Numbered from the stretch's first letter, positions 10,190 through 20,945 are shown. The stretch: DNA of 64,000 nucleotides from an uncultured Bacilli bacterium (GCA_910586865.1 CAJUIY010000001.1:19828-83827), one strand, 5' to 3'. Numbers and translations: made by a program. Notes: generated from the sequence alone by a model not told the origin.

Positions 10190-11059
10190 TTAGGATATCA
10201 TTTTTTTTACTTTTTTATACTCATCTTTTGTAATATCTAATCCTAAAGACAATCTTCTCTCTAGGGTATCTCTTTTAGTATCCTCTAATAAATGATAAAA
10301 CTCTTTTGTAAAATGTCTATTCCCTCTTATAAATTTAGCCTGTTTGAAATCGTTTATATATCTTTTTGTAGGAGATGAAATGTCAGAATTAAAATCATAC
10401 CCATCTAATAAAAAGTATGCTAAATACATTTTTAGTACACTAGTAATATCAGAATAATTAATATCACCACTAGATAAATAATTAATTACTTCCTTTAGGG
10501 AATGGTATTCCGCTAACTTTTCTGTAGGGCTAATAGAATCATATTTTTCTTTTAAAGATTTCAACATCATCGTATTTCTAATCATTTCCTCTTTTAAAGG
10601 TCGATAAGAATTAGATAGCATCAAAAGAAATGGTTTATATAAGGTATGAATGGGATGTAGTTCTAACTTTACCAATTTCGCTTCTATATCTGCATTTTTT
10701 TCTCTACTTATTTTATTTTGTAAAGCGTGGTCCATCTCATGTAATATCATATGTTCTAAAAATATTTTTACATACATATCTTGATGATTCTTTTTGATAG
10801 TATGTTCAACAGAAGAATTAATGCTTTTTAAAAATTCATTCATCTTATATAGATCAACAATTATCATTTTTTTCACCATACTATAGGCCATTGGAGAAGA
10901 ATAAGATTGCGATTTATCTATAAAACATATACCATTAACATACTCATCTAAATTTTTCTTATCACAAGTAGTGTATATTAACTTTTCTAAGGCACTCTCA
11001 TTAACCTCTGTATTCTTGTTTATTGCTCCATCTAGAATATCCATTATAGTATCATCCAT
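10190..11059 (-). CDS. hypothetical protein with HExxH (HEMDH) zinc-metallopeptidase-like motif
   Basis: LHEMDHAL motif. Start placed at MDDTIMD, preceded by AAGGAGAGA. Lies next to the IS3 element. Confidence 0.4.
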   Translation of the reverse strand: MDDTIMDILDGAINKNTEVNESALEKLIYTTCDKKNLDEYVNGICFIDKSQSYSSPMAYSMVKKMIIVDLYKMNEFLKSINSSVEHTIKKNHQDMYVKIFLEHMILHEMDHALQNKISREKNADIEAKLVKLELHPIHTLYKPFLLMLSNSYRPLKEEMIRNTMMLKSLKEKYDSISPTEKLAEYHSLKEVINYLSSGDINYSDITSVLKMYLAYFLLDGYDFNSDISSPTKRYINDFKQAKFIRGNRHFTKEFYHLLEDTKRDTLERRLSLGLDITKDEYKKVKKMIS

Positions 11060-11315
11060 GACATTTCTCTCCTTCTTGGCACTATATCTTAGCATTGATT
11101 TGGATTTATGTCAAGTTTTTAGACACATTTTTTCGAACAAATTCATCGCATTTACTTTTATTCCAATTTCCTTTTGACTAGCAGAAACATTTTAATTAAT
11201 TATTGCTCGTATTACTTATTAATTTTCAAAAAATGAAAATTAATAAGTAAACCCGTTTAAAGGATATACAATGTTTCTTTACTTGTCAAAAGTTTTCTCG
11301 GAATAATCGTAAATA

Positions 11316-12233
11316 CTAAGCTATTGCTAAGTTAGTAATATAATTATTATATTTTTGATTTGGTGTAATATATCCTAATGTACTATGTATACGTTTGTTG
11401 TTATACCAACTCTCTATAAACTCAAATATCACCATCTTTGCTTCTTCAAATGTTTCATACACACCGTTATTCACTTCCTCTTTTTTTAATATGGCATTGA
11501 AGCTTTCCATACTTGCATTATCATATGGGTAGCCTTTTTTGCTGTATGAATGTCTTATTTTTAATGTGGATAATAAAGTTTCATAATTGTTTGATGTGTA
11601 CTGACTTCCTCTATCTGAATGGAATATTCCATCTTTCTCTAATCCTCTGTTTGTAAGCGCTTTGTTAAATGCATCTATTACTAAGTCATCTGTCATTGAA
11701 GTACCATAACTCCAACCAACTACTTTTAAATCAAACAGATCCATTACTATTGCTAAATAAGTCCAGCCTGTTTCTTTTGTGTATATGTATGTTATATCTC
11801 CAACCCATTTTTGACTTGGCTTATCTGCTTTAAAGTTTTGTTCTAATAGGTTTGGATATTCTTTTGTATTATCTGTTTTAGAACTGCCTGAATGATTGTA
11901 TTTCTTAACTGTTATGCTTCTAAGTCCTAAAAATTTCATTCTTCTAGCAACTCTTTTTTGACTAACTTTTACTCCCTGACTATTAAGTATTTTGGTTATT
12001 TTAAGTGAACCATATCTTCCTTTGGATTCATCAAATATTCCTGTAATTTGTACAACTAATTCTCTATTGGATTCCTTATAGGAATTAGTTGTATGGTTAC
12101 AATGATAGTAATAAACTGAGTGGTGTAGTTCTAAACACTTACATAATAATCTAACATCATAGACTTCTTTGTTGTTATCTATGAATCTGATTTTATCTTC
12201 TATTTCTTTGAGAATATGGCTACTGCTTTTTTT
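11316..12233 (-). CDS. IS3-family transposase OrfB (expressed as OrfAB fusion by -1 frameshift)
   Basis: The -1 frame is open from the A-run (…YGSLKITKILNSQGVKVSQKRVARRMKFLGL) into the 207-aa ORF carrying the DDE core. Confidence 0.75.
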   Translation of the reverse strand, partial: KKSSSHILKEIEDKIRFIDNNKEVYDVRLLCKCLELHHSVYYYHCNHTTNSYKESNRELVVQITGIFDESKGRYGSLKITKILNSQGVKVSQKRVARRMKFLGLRSITVKKYNHSGSSKTDNTKEYPNLLEQNFKADKPSQKWVGDITYIYTKETGWTYLAIVMDLFDLKVVGWSYGTSMTDDLVIDAFNKALTNRGLEKDGIFHSDRGSQYTSNNYETLLSTLKIRHSYSKKGYPYDNASMESFNAILKKEEVNNGVYETFEEAKMVIFEFIESWYNNKRIHSTLGYITPNQKYNNYITNLAIA

Positions 12234-12478
12234 AGGATTTCCACCTCCTGTTCAAGCTCTCTATTTTTCCTTTGGAGTTTTAGTATTTCATCATTATTAG
12301 TAACTTCTCCAGTTGATGTTGTTATTGTTTTATATTTTTTAATCCAACTATCAATAGTACTTTTTCCTATGCCATATTCTCTTGATAATTCTGATATTCC
12401 TTTTCCAGATTCATATAAATTTACTACTGTCTTTTTAAATTCTTCATCATAAGTTTTATATTGTCTTGCCACAGACAC
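12200..12478 (-). CDS. IS3-family transposase OrfA (HTH)
   Basis: 92 aa, helix-turn-helix, leucine-zipper-like C-terminus, ends just after the A-run. Confidence 0.8.
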   Translation of the reverse strand: MSVARQYKTYDEEFKKTVVNLYESGKGISELSREYGIGKSTIDSWIKKYKTITTSTGEVTNNDEILKLQRKNRELEQEVEILKKAVAIFSKK

Positions 12479-12597
12479 GACCTCCTTCTTTGATTTGATA
12501 TTATATCACATCGTTCGAAATTTCGTGTCTATATATCTATACTAACACCAATTTTATAAAAAAACAAGTAGAACTATTTCTCTATTTTCCTTTTCAA

Positions 12598-12630
12598 TGA
12601 ATATATTATTTTTTCTTTACATAGATTTAA
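12598..12630 (+). promoter_or_regulatory. candidate sigma-E-type promoter for spoIVA
   Basis: ATATT (12603-07), ~12 bp spacer, then CATAGATT (12620-27), resembling my recollection of the sigE consensus ATATT-N14-CATACAnT. Spacer is 1-2 nt short. Confidence 0.25.
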
Positions 12631-12650
12631 ATGAATAAAGGAGAATGTAT

Positions 12651-14126
12651 ATGGAAAAGCAAGAAATTATTAAAAATATAGCAGCTCGTAGCGGTGGTGA
12701 TGTCTACTTAGGAGTTGTTGGAGCTGTTAGAACGGGAAAATCCACATTTATCAAAAAAATGGTTGAAACCTTAATTGTTCCTAATATTGAAGATGAATAT
12801 GAAAGAAAAAGAGCACTAGATGAAATTCCTCAAAGTGCTGCCGGGAAAACTATTATGACTACAGAACCAAAATTCGTTCCTAATAATGCTGCAACTATTA
12901 ATATTGAAGACTTTAGCTGCAATATTAGATTAGTAGATTGTGTTGGTTATGTAATTGATAAAGCAGTAGGTGCAGAAGATGAAAATGGACCAAGAATGGT
13001 AAAAACACCTTGGTACAACGAGGAAATACCCTTTGTAGAAGCTGCAGAAATTGGAACAGAAAAAGTAATCAAGGATCATTCTACAATAGGAATTGTAGTT
13101 ACAACAGATGGATCAATTGGTGAATTTAACAGAAATGATTATTTAGAAGCGGAAAATAGAGTCATAAGTGAGCTAAAAAGTATTGGAAAACCATTTATTG
13201 TACTTTTAAACTCTACACATCCTACTCTACCAGAAACAGAACGTTTAGCCTCATCCTTAAAAGAAGAACACAATGTTCCTGTTATGCCAATTAGTATTGA
13301 GGCAATGACAGAGAAAGATATGTATGATATTCTAAAAGAAGCATTATATGAATTTCCTGTATTAGAAGTAAAAGTAAACATGCCCGAATGGATTGCTATC
13401 TTAAATTATAGTCATCCAGTCAAAAAAGAATACATTAAATGTATTAAGGAAAGTGTCATAGAAATTGACAAATTAAGAGATATTGAAAACATAACGAAAC
13501 ATTTCTTAAGTAGTGAGATGATTGAAAAAAGTTATTTATCGGAAGTAGATCCATCAACTGGTATCATCACAATTACATTAACGGCACCAGCTTCCTTATA
13601 TAATAAAACATTGACAGAAATTATAGATGTAGATGTCAAAAATAAAGCAGATCTACTTTCCCTATTCCAAGATTTTAACATTGCAAAAAAAGAATATGAT
13701 CAAATAAAATATGCTTTAAAAATGGTAAAACAAACTGGTTATGGAGTAGCAACACCATCTCTTGATGATATGAAACTAGAAAAACCGGAGATTATTAAAC
13801 AAGGACCTAGATATGGTGTAAAACTAAAAGCCATTGCCCCTTCCATTCATATGATTCGTGTCGATGTAGAATCTACCTTTGAACCTATTATTGGTAGTGA
13901 AGTACAAAGTAAAGAATTAATTGATTATTTAATGAAAGATCAAGATGCAGATCCAACCAGTATTTGGAAAAGTGAAATATTTGGTAGAAGTCTAGATAAT
14001 ATTGTTCAAGAGGGAATCCAATCAAAGATTAGTTTAATGCCAGATAATATTAGATATAAATTACAACAAACACTTACAAAAGTAGTTAATAAGGGTTCTA
14101 ATAACATGATTGCGATTGTCATTTAG
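12651..14126 (+). CDS. spoIVA: stage IV sporulation protein A (spore coat morphogenetic ATPase)
   Basis: MEKQEIIKNIAARSGGDVYLGVVGAVRTGKSTFIKK...PQSAAGKTIMTTEPKF closely matches B. subtilis SpoIVA. Start set at the second ATG (AGGAG plus 7 nt). Confidence 0.92.
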   Translation: MEKQEIIKNIAARSGGDVYLGVVGAVRTGKSTFIKKMVETLIVPNIEDEYERKRALDEIPQSAAGKTIMTTEPKFVPNNAATINIEDFSCNIRLVDCVGYVIDKAVGAEDENGPRMVKTPWYNEEIPFVEAAEIGTEKVIKDHSTIGIVVTTDGSIGEFNRNDYLEAENRVISELKSIGKPFIVLLNSTHPTLPETERLASSLKEEHNVPVMPISIEAMTEKDMYDILKEALYEFPVLEVKVNMPEWIAILNYSHPVKKEYIKCIKESVIEIDKLRDIENITKHFLSSEMIEKSYLSEVDPSTGIITITLTAPASLYNKTLTEIIDVDVKNKADLLSLFQDFNIAKKEYDQIKYALKMVKQTGYGVATPSLDDMKLEKPEIIKQGPRYGVKLKAIAPSIHMIRVDVESTFEPIIGSEVQSKELIDYLMKDQDADPTSIWKSEIFGRSLDNIVQEGIQSKISLMPDNIRYKLQQTLTKVVNKGSNNMIAIVI

Positions 14127-14131
14127 AGGAG

Positions 14132-14605
14132 TTATCCTCTTTTTATTTTTTTTCCTCGTGCCATAATTTTCTTTACATCATCTCCATAGATGATAGTTGC
14201 CATATCTAAATACTTATTACAATTATCAATTTCATCAATATCAATATAAAATTTTCCATTATAATATCGGTTCGTAGCTTCTTTGCATAAATTATACTCC
14301 TCTGTTTCTAATAAAAATTTTTCATTCTTATAAATAATAATTCGAAAATCCACTTCATTTGTAAATTCATTATCATCTATTTTTATTAAATTTAAAAAGG
14401 CTCCTATTTTTTGATTCACATAAGCTTTTATTTTATAAAAGCCACTTAAATTTAAATGATATCTTCTATCTATTTTTAAAATAATGTCTCGAATAATCAT
14501 TAATAAATCATCCTTATCTTTCATATAAAAATCATCAAAATAAAATTGATTAACAAATACATTCATATCTTCTTCATTAAGCATTTCAATCTTCAAATCT
14601 ATCAC
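14132..14605 (-). CDS. hypothetical protein (157 aa)
   Basis: ORF only. Confidence 0.35.
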   Translation of the reverse strand: MIDLKIEMLNEEDMNVFVNQFYFDDFYMKDKDDLLMIIRDIILKIDRRYHLNLSGFYKIKAYVNQKIGAFLNLIKIDDNEFTNEVDFRIIIYKNEKFLLETEEYNLCKEATNRYYNGKFYIDIDEIDNCNKYLDMATIIYGDDVKKIMARGKKIKRG

Positions 14606-14629
14606 CTACACTATTGTATGAAAAAAGAA

Positions 14630-15226
14630 TTAAATGGTTTCTATTACACTTAATTCTTCTAACTTTTGTAAGACTTCTTTTACACCTAATTTTGTTACAC
14701 TGGAGAATACAATGAAGTCATCTCCAACTACTAAATCTAATGTATCTAGAATCGTTTTTATATTTTTATCCTTCTTACTACCACCTACTTTATCTGCTTT
14801 TGTGGCAATTACAGTAACTGGTACTTTATAATATTTTAAAAAATTATACATTAAAATATCATCATCAGATGGTTGATGTCGAAAATCGACTAATAGAAAT
14901 ACTCTTTTTAATTGTTCTCTTTTTTCTAAATATTCTTCTATCATCATTCCAAATTTTGCTTGTGTTTTTTTATCTACCTGGGCATAACCATATCCTGGAA
15001 CATCAATGATATAAAACGTATCATTTACAGAATAGAAGTTTAAAGTTTGCGTTTTTCCAGGTCTAGAGGAAATATGAGCAATATTCTTTCGTGATAAAAT
15101 CGTATTAATAAAACTACTCTTTCCTACATTACTTCTTCCTACCAATAAAAATTCTGGTTTAACGGTATCTGGATATTGACTTCTTCTTGTAGCAATTACT
15201 TCCAAATCTGCTTTTTTAATCTCCAT
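14630..15226 (-). CDS. engB: ribosome biogenesis GTPase EngB/YsxC
   Basis: GRSNVGKSSFIN G1 motif, DVPGYG, ~198 aa. Confidence 0.9.
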   Translation of the reverse strand: MEIKKADLEVIATRRSQYPDTVKPEFLLVGRSNVGKSSFINTILSRKNIAHISSRPGKTQTLNFYSVNDTFYIIDVPGYGYAQVDKKTQAKFGMMIEEYLEKREQLKRVFLLVDFRHQPSDDDILMYNFLKYYKVPVTVIATKADKVGGSKKDKNIKTILDTLDLVVGDDFIVFSSVTKLGVKEVLQKLEELSVIETI

Positions 15227-15227
15227 C

Positions 15228-16178
15228 TTATTCCACCTCCTGTGTCTCTCTATATTTTTTGACGGTCAAATCTAAATCATCCACTAATTTCATTGCTTCA
15301 TCAAAACTCTTAAACTTAACCCCACTAGCAAATTTATGTCCTCCACCATGATATTTTTCTGCCACCTGATTAATTTCTGGTCCACGAGAACGAATTGAAA
15401 CTCTTATCAAATCATTTTTCACATCCTCTGTTATCGTTAACCATACATAAACTTCTTCAATAAAATTAAAATTATTTACCATATTTCCAGCCGAAGCGGA
15501 ATCCACTTCCAATTCATTAATTATTTGATCCGTTATTTTGATATACCCTACTCCATTTTCGGTTACTTCCATATGAGTTGACATATATCCCTCTAATCGA
15601 ACTTCTCTTAATGGTCTTTGATACATTCTTTGATATACTTCATTGATACTAAATGGATAATGTTCTAAATAATAGGATACCAATTGAAAAGTTTTGGAAG
15701 TAGAACTATCAAATAGGAATCGGTTTGAGTCTGCAACTAAACCAATAAATAGAGTTCTGGCAATCGAAATATTACAGAATAATTTCGTTTCCTTTAATAA
15801 ATCCATAATTATTTCGCAGACAGAAGATTTTTCATCCTCAATCAACTCCAAATCACAAAATTTTTCAATAAATGGATGATGATCAATTTTAATCATTTTA
15901 CTAAATCCATCAAAACTAGGTATATCTACTCGTCTTTGATCTGGAGTATCTAAAACAATTAATAAAGCATCTTGATAATTTTCGTACTTATCTAACGCTC
16001 CAATATATTTAAACTTATTACTTCCCGTTCCAACGGCAGATACCTTTTTATCTGAAAAAGTTAGACGAATAGAATCTCTTAAAGCGATTTGGCTTGCCAT
16101 CGCATCCGGATCGACTCCTATATGTCTTGCGATTACAATGGTATCATATTTTTTTATCTCTTTTACTATTTTTTTATA
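15228..16178 (-). CDS. nrnA: bifunctional oligoribonuclease / pAp phosphatase NrnA (DHH-DHHA1)
   Basis: HIGVDPDAMAS, DHH motif IKIDHHPF, DHHA1 motif GGGHKFASG. Start moved to MYKKIV so it no longer overlaps ackA. Confidence 0.8.
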   Translation of the reverse strand, partial: YKKIVKEIKKYDTIVIARHIGVDPDAMASQIALRDSIRLTFSDKKVSAVGTGSNKFKYIGALDKYENYQDALLIVLDTPDQRRVDIPSFDGFSKMIKIDHHPFIEKFCDLELIEDEKSSVCEIIMDLLKETKLFCNISIARTLFIGLVADSNRFLFDSSTSKTFQLVSYYLEHYPFSINEVYQRMYQRPLREVRLEGYMSTHMEVTENGVGYIKITDQIINELEVDSASAGNMVNNFNFIEEVYVWLTITEDVKNDLIRVSIRSRGPEINQVAEKYHGGGHKFASGVKFKSFDEAMKLVDDLDLTVKKYRETQEVE

Positions 16179-16185
16179 CATACCT

Positions 16186-17367
16186 TTACCTATTAATAAA
16201 TGATACGGTATCTCTAGCAATCATTAATTCTTCATTCGCCGGAATGACATATACTAAAGCTTTTGAATCATTTGTATTAATCTTTCTAATCTCACCACGG
16301 AAATTATTTTTTTCTTTGTCTATTTTTATTCCAAGGCAAGATAATTTTTCAACAATTTTTTCTCTTATTCCTATATTATTTTCTCCAATACCAGCAGTAA
16401 AGACTAAAACATCTACTCCACCAAGCAAAACATAATATTGAGCAATATAAGAGACAACCGTTCTACAATATTTCTCTCGTGCTAAAATACATCTTTCATT
16501 TCCTTCTTCAATTCCCTTTTCAATATCTCTAGCATCCGAGCTTACTTCGCTCAATCCTAAAAGACCAGAACGATGATTCAAATCATCAATCACTTCCAAA
16601 GCATTTTTCCCTTCTTGTTCCATGATATACGGAATAATAGAAGGATCTACACTTCCCGATCTTGTTCCCATCATAATACCAGAAAGTGGAGTAAATCCCA
16701 TAGAGGTATCTACACTTTTTCCATCTTTTATCGCACAAACAGAACCACCACCACCTAAATGACAAGCAATGATTCTTAAATCTTTTCTACCTTCTAATTC
16801 TTCTATTTTAGAAACTAAATAACGATAACTAGTTCCATGAGCTCCATACTTTCTAACATGATAATTTTCATACCAATCATAAGGAACTGGATATAGATAA
16901 TTTTCAGGTTCTAAATCTTGATGAAAAGAGGTATCAAAAACAGCTACCATTAAGGTATTTGGTAATACTTCTTTAAAAGCTCTCATAACAAGTACATCAT
17001 CTGGATTATGTAGAGGAGCAAAATCCCTAATTTCATCAATATCCTCAATTACCTTATCTGTAATCAAAATCGAATCCTTATACTTATAAGCTCCCGATAC
17101 CACTCGATGTCCAATACCATCGATTTCATCTAAAGAATGAATAATATTAAGTGCAATTAATTTATCTAGTAACACCTTAACAGCAATCTCTTGATTGGGA
17201 AGATCAATTTCTTCTTTTATTTTTTCATTGTTAAATTGAATCGTATAGAAACTACCATCAATCCCTATTCGTTCAAACAATCCACTGGCAATCACACTTT
17301 CATCATTCATTTCCAATAAACTAAATTTTAAAGTACTACTGCCTGCATTTACTGATATTATTTTCAT
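16186..17367 (-). CDS. ackA: acetate kinase
   Basis: MKIISVNAGSSTLKF N-terminus, ~393 aa. Confidence 0.92.
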   Translation of the reverse strand: MKIISVNAGSSTLKFSLLEMNDESVIASGLFERIGIDGSFYTIQFNNEKIKEEIDLPNQEIAVKVLLDKLIALNIIHSLDEIDGIGHRVVSGAYKYKDSILITDKVIEDIDEIRDFAPLHNPDDVLVMRAFKEVLPNTLMVAVFDTSFHQDLEPENYLYPVPYDWYENYHVRKYGAHGTSYRYLVSKIEELEGRKDLRIIACHLGGGGSVCAIKDGKSVDTSMGFTPLSGIMMGTRSGSVDPSIIPYIMEQEGKNALEVIDDLNHRSGLLGLSEVSSDARDIEKGIEEGNERCILAREKYCRTVVSYIAQYYVLLGGVDVLVFTAGIGENNIGIREKIVEKLSCLGIKIDKEKNNFRGEIRKINTNDSKALVYVIPANEELMIARDTVSFINR

Positions 17368-17437
17368 TTTTGCACTTCCTTTCTATATTTATTATACTAT
17401 ATCTTTTCCTTTTTTCATACTAAATTTATGCTTTTTC

Positions 17438-17471
17438 CAAAAACAAAAGATAGCCCCTAATAAGGTCTATC
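17438..17471 (-). terminator. rho-independent terminator after the SASP gene
   Basis: Minus-strand RNA AGAUAG...CUAUCU stem followed by UUUUGUUUUU. Confidence 0.45.
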
Positions 17472-17484
17472 TTTTAAGCTATCA

Positions 17485-17706
17485 TTACTTATTGTTGTAG
17501 CTTCCACTAACTTGGTTAAGTCCATTTTGAACTAAACGTCTTGTAATTTCACCACCAACTGATCCGTTTGCACGAGAAGTAGCATCTGGTCCTAAATTTA
17601 CACCTAATTCGTTAGCTATTTCATATTTCATTTTTTCAATAGCTTGTTTAGCTCCTGGAACTCTCATTTTCATTGAGCTGTTTGAGTTGTTATTCATTTG
17701 TTTCAC
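17485..17706 (-). CDS. sspA: alpha/beta-type small acid-soluble spore protein
   Basis: [22 protein letters not shown]...[16 protein letters not shown] is the SASP alpha/beta signature. Confidence 0.85.
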   Translation of the reverse strand: MKQMNNNSNSSMKMRVPGAKQAIEKMKYEIANELGVNLGPDATSRANGSVGGEITRRLVQNGLNQVSGSYNNK

Positions 17707-17773
17707 CTCCTATACACTTATAGATTGTGAAATTTTTTGAATTTCATACACAATATTTATTGGAAATTTATTC

Positions 17774-18967
17774 CTATAAAATTTTCTCAAATTCAGCTTC
17801 GAAATCAGTTATCGTCATATGTTTTACTTCTTGAACTGTTTCTTCTATTAAACTTTTAAAATCAAAACGTTCTTCCATTTTCATACAAGCTTCTAACTTT
17901 GGATTAATAACAGGATGTTTTGGTACAAAGACGGTACAACAATCTTCAAATGGTAAAATACTAATATCATAAGTATCAATTTTTTTAGCAATATCTATAA
18001 TTTCCAACTTATCCAAACAAGCAACAGGACGAATAATAGGTAAATTAGTTACTTCATTAATTACATTCATACTCGATAAGGTTTGTGAAGCCACTTGTCC
18101 AATACTTTCTCCATTTACAATTACTAATGCATCTAACTGTTTTGCCAATAATTCCATAATTCGGTACATCATTCGCCTCATAATTGTAATACCATAGTCT
18201 TTATCCACATTTTTATAAATTTCTTCTTGAATTTTTGTAAAATTAACAATATGTAGATTTATTTTATTAGAATATTTTGCCAATTTTTTACATAAATCAA
18301 TTACCTTATTTCTTGCTTCTAGACTGGTATGAGGAATCGCCTCAAAATAAACAGCATCTACTAAAACTCCTCGCTTCATTGCAAGATAACCAGCAACAGG
18401 AGAATCGATACCACCACTTAACATTAAAAGTGCTTTTTTTTGAACTCCTAAGGGATATCCGCCACATCCTTTATAACCATTTGTATAAATATAAGATTTA
18501 CCTGGTCGAACTTCAATTTGAATCAAAACTTCAGGATAATGCACATCTACTGCTATCTGATCTATATTTTTTAATAAATAAGAACCAATCATAGGATTTA
18601 TCTCTGTACTTTGGTAAGGAAACGACTTATCACTTCTTTTGGTTTCAACCTTAAAAGTCTTAAAAGTTTGATTTTTCATTAATTCTAATACTGTTTCTTT
18701 GATAGTATCTATATTAGTATCCACAATATACGCAATATGATACATATGAATACCAAAGATATGATTTAATATATCTTTTATTTTTTCAATATCTTCTTCT
18801 TGAAATTTAATATACATTCTAGAAATATCTTTTGTAATAGTAACATCATAATTTTTTAATTTATTTTTAATATTTTGATACAAAGTATTCACAAAAAAAT
18901 TTCGATTTCCTTTTTTTGTGGTTAATTCTCCATATTTAATTAAAATAACTCTTTCCATCTTCACCAC
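17774..18967 (-). CDS. thiI: tRNA 4-thiouridine synthase ThiI
   Basis: THUMP plus PP-loop LLSGGIDSPVA. Position next to sspA as in Bacillus. Confidence 0.9.
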   Translation of the reverse strand: MVKMERVILIKYGELTTKKGNRNFFVNTLYQNIKNKLKNYDVTITKDISRMYIKFQEEDIEKIKDILNHIFGIHMYHIAYIVDTNIDTIKETVLELMKNQTFKTFKVETKRSDKSFPYQSTEINPMIGSYLLKNIDQIAVDVHYPEVLIQIEVRPGKSYIYTNGYKGCGGYPLGVQKKALLMLSGGIDSPVAGYLAMKRGVLVDAVYFEAIPHTSLEARNKVIDLCKKLAKYSNKINLHIVNFTKIQEEIYKNVDKDYGITIMRRMMYRIMELLAKQLDALVIVNGESIGQVASQTLSSMNVINEVTNLPIIRPVACLDKLEIIDIAKKIDTYDISILPFEDCCTVFVPKHPVINPKLEACMKMEERFDFKSLIEETVQEVKHMTITDFEAEFEKIL

Positions 18968-19038
18968 TCCGAATGTCTTTATTATATAATAATTTTAAAA
19001 TTTTTCATAGAAAAAAGGACTTAAATCCTTTTATTTTT

Positions 19039-20760
19039 CTATTTATCATAGAGAGCCAACATTTTACGGTATATTCCCTCATCCGCAATAGAACATGTTT
19101 TTAAAACTAAATCCAAAGATTTCTTATATTCTCCTTTATAAAAATAGTCTTCTGCTTGAGAAATTCCTTCATCTACTTCTTTATAATAAGCTCGAAACCG
19201 ATTCCCATAAACAATTGACTTTTCAGCTAGTATCGCTGTTTTTACCATTTCATTAGTTGTATGATATAATTTTAATACCAAATCACGTGCTGTATCAACT
19301 CTAGTGTTTAGTGTTTTAATCACGATTGGCTTTCTCTCTAGCTCTTTAATCACTTCTGCCATCGCTTCATTCGCTTCTTTTAATTCCACAAAATAAATAT
19401 CTGAAATAATAGGCAATTTATAACTACGCATTTTATTTTTTGATTCTTTTAAGAAATGTTCAATATCATTTAGTTGTTCTCTTGCTCTTAATTCGTCATC
19501 ATACATATTTCCAAGAGACTTTAAGGAAATATCCAAATCTTCTTCCATTTTTCGAAGTCGAAGCATCAAATCTTCTATCTCCTTATGTAACATAGAATAA
19601 GGAGCAGATAGATTTTCTAATTTCTTCATCAAATTAGCATAATCATCATTAATTACCATTAACACTTTTTTTACATCATGTATAATTTTGATATCATTCT
19701 CTTCTAAATCATACATATTCTTAATATCATCTAATTGATTATAAATATCTTCTACTATTTTATTCGTTTTATTTAATTTTTTACTAAAATCTTTTTCAAT
19801 TTCTTCAAATACTTTCCTACTTAATCTTTCTTTTTCAAAGTCAACAAATAAAGAATCTAAATAATCTAAAATTGTTTTCAATTCAAACATACAATCTGTT
19901 AGATTTAGAACTTTAATCTTATCTAAAATACCATCTACATTTTTTTGAGACTCCTCAATATTATAATCGATATTTAAATATTCCAAAGAATATTCTTCTT
20001 TCTCCATTGCTTTTACAGTATCATCGATTTCTTTTATTCTTTTAGGAATTAATTGTTTTGCCATTAGAAGCAAGTCTGGCATTTCCTCGACAACGATTGC
20101 CATATGATCAATCATTGCATCTAGAGCCTTCACTATTTTTACTACTTCTATGTAATCATTTGCTTCCATTACTTTTTCAAAATCCAAAAACTTCTTTTCA
20201 ATATTTTCTAACTGTAATTCAACTGCTTCTTGCATATCATCATATAGATTTTTATGATTTTGGTAAGAAGAATTTAGTTTTCGATATTTTGTCTTTAATT
20301 TTGTAATAATACTTCTATACTTTTCCTCACTTAAAGTAATATCTTTAATCTGCTCCAATAAATAATTAGATTTCTCTCTTGCTTTACAAATTTCTAATTC
20401 TGCTTGAGCAATTTGTTCAATACACTTTTTATAATCTCTTTTTTCTAGTGAAGAATCTAATTCAATTAAAATATCATCAATCAATAAAATATTCTTTTCT
20501 TTAATCGTTGTAAATTTCTCATTCCACTCATTGTATTTTTCTTCCATCATATCATTCTTTATAATAGGTTCTATTTTAGATAGCTCTAATGGTACAGGAG
20601 TACTTAATACTTTATTTTTCTCAACTTCTAAACGCTGTGCCATCTTTTCATAAGTATTTTTAATTTTTTTTCGAATAAATAAAAAGCAAAGTAGAAGAAT
20701 AATAAAACAAACGAAAACGATTGTACTAATCACTAAAATTTGTCCTTCCATTCTATCCAC
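19039..20760 (-). CDS. ezrA: septation ring formation regulator EzrA
   Basis: N-terminal transmembrane helix followed by ~540 aa of coiled coil. Size and architecture fit EzrA. Confidence 0.8.
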   Translation of the reverse strand: MDRMEGQILVISTIVFVCFIILLLCFLFIRKKIKNTYEKMAQRLEVEKNKVLSTPVPLELSKIEPIIKNDMMEEKYNEWNEKFTTIKEKNILLIDDILIELDSSLEKRDYKKCIEQIAQAELEICKAREKSNYLLEQIKDITLSEEKYRSIITKLKTKYRKLNSSYQNHKNLYDDMQEAVELQLENIEKKFLDFEKVMEANDYIEVVKIVKALDAMIDHMAIVVEEMPDLLLMAKQLIPKRIKEIDDTVKAMEKEEYSLEYLNIDYNIEESQKNVDGILDKIKVLNLTDCMFELKTILDYLDSLFVDFEKERLSRKVFEEIEKDFSKKLNKTNKIVEDIYNQLDDIKNMYDLEENDIKIIHDVKKVLMVINDDYANLMKKLENLSAPYSMLHKEIEDLMLRLRKMEEDLDISLKSLGNMYDDELRAREQLNDIEHFLKESKNKMRSYKLPIISDIYFVELKEANEAMAEVIKELERKPIVIKTLNTRVDTARDLVLKLYHTTNEMVKTAILAEKSIVYGNRFRAYYKEVDEGISQAEDYFYKGEYKKSLDLVLKTCSIADEGIYRKMLALYDK

Positions 20761-20945
20761 CTCTTATCATATATTTTATTGTAACACAAGTATTTCTCTT
20801 TTTCTACAAATTTCCACAAATTGTTAAAAATTACTATTCTCATTTTATTAGAATACCCAAAACTAAAAGAAAGCATTATAAAATAATAGGAAACCTAATA
20901 ATTTTTCAAGAGCCTAAAAAAAATGGAATCATGAAATTTCATTTC

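Larger units (their letters stand above)
11285..12560 (-). mobile_element. IS3-family insertion sequence (IS150-like organisation, orfA-orfB with programmed -1 frameshift); ends approximate
   Basis: OrfA (HTH) and OrfB (DDE integrase core with DRGSQYTS and Y..N motifs). Slippery A7 run at 12227-12233 where the orfA frame and the -1 orfB frame overlap. Terminal inverted repeats could not be resolved by eye. Confidence 0.75.

Noticed and set aside
11240-12580. Exact terminal inverted repeats and target-site duplication of the IS3 element
   Set aside because: A TACTTGT/ACAAGTA pair near 11279 and 12567 was seen, but longer inverted-repeat complementarity could not be established by eye. The ends are therefore given as approximate.
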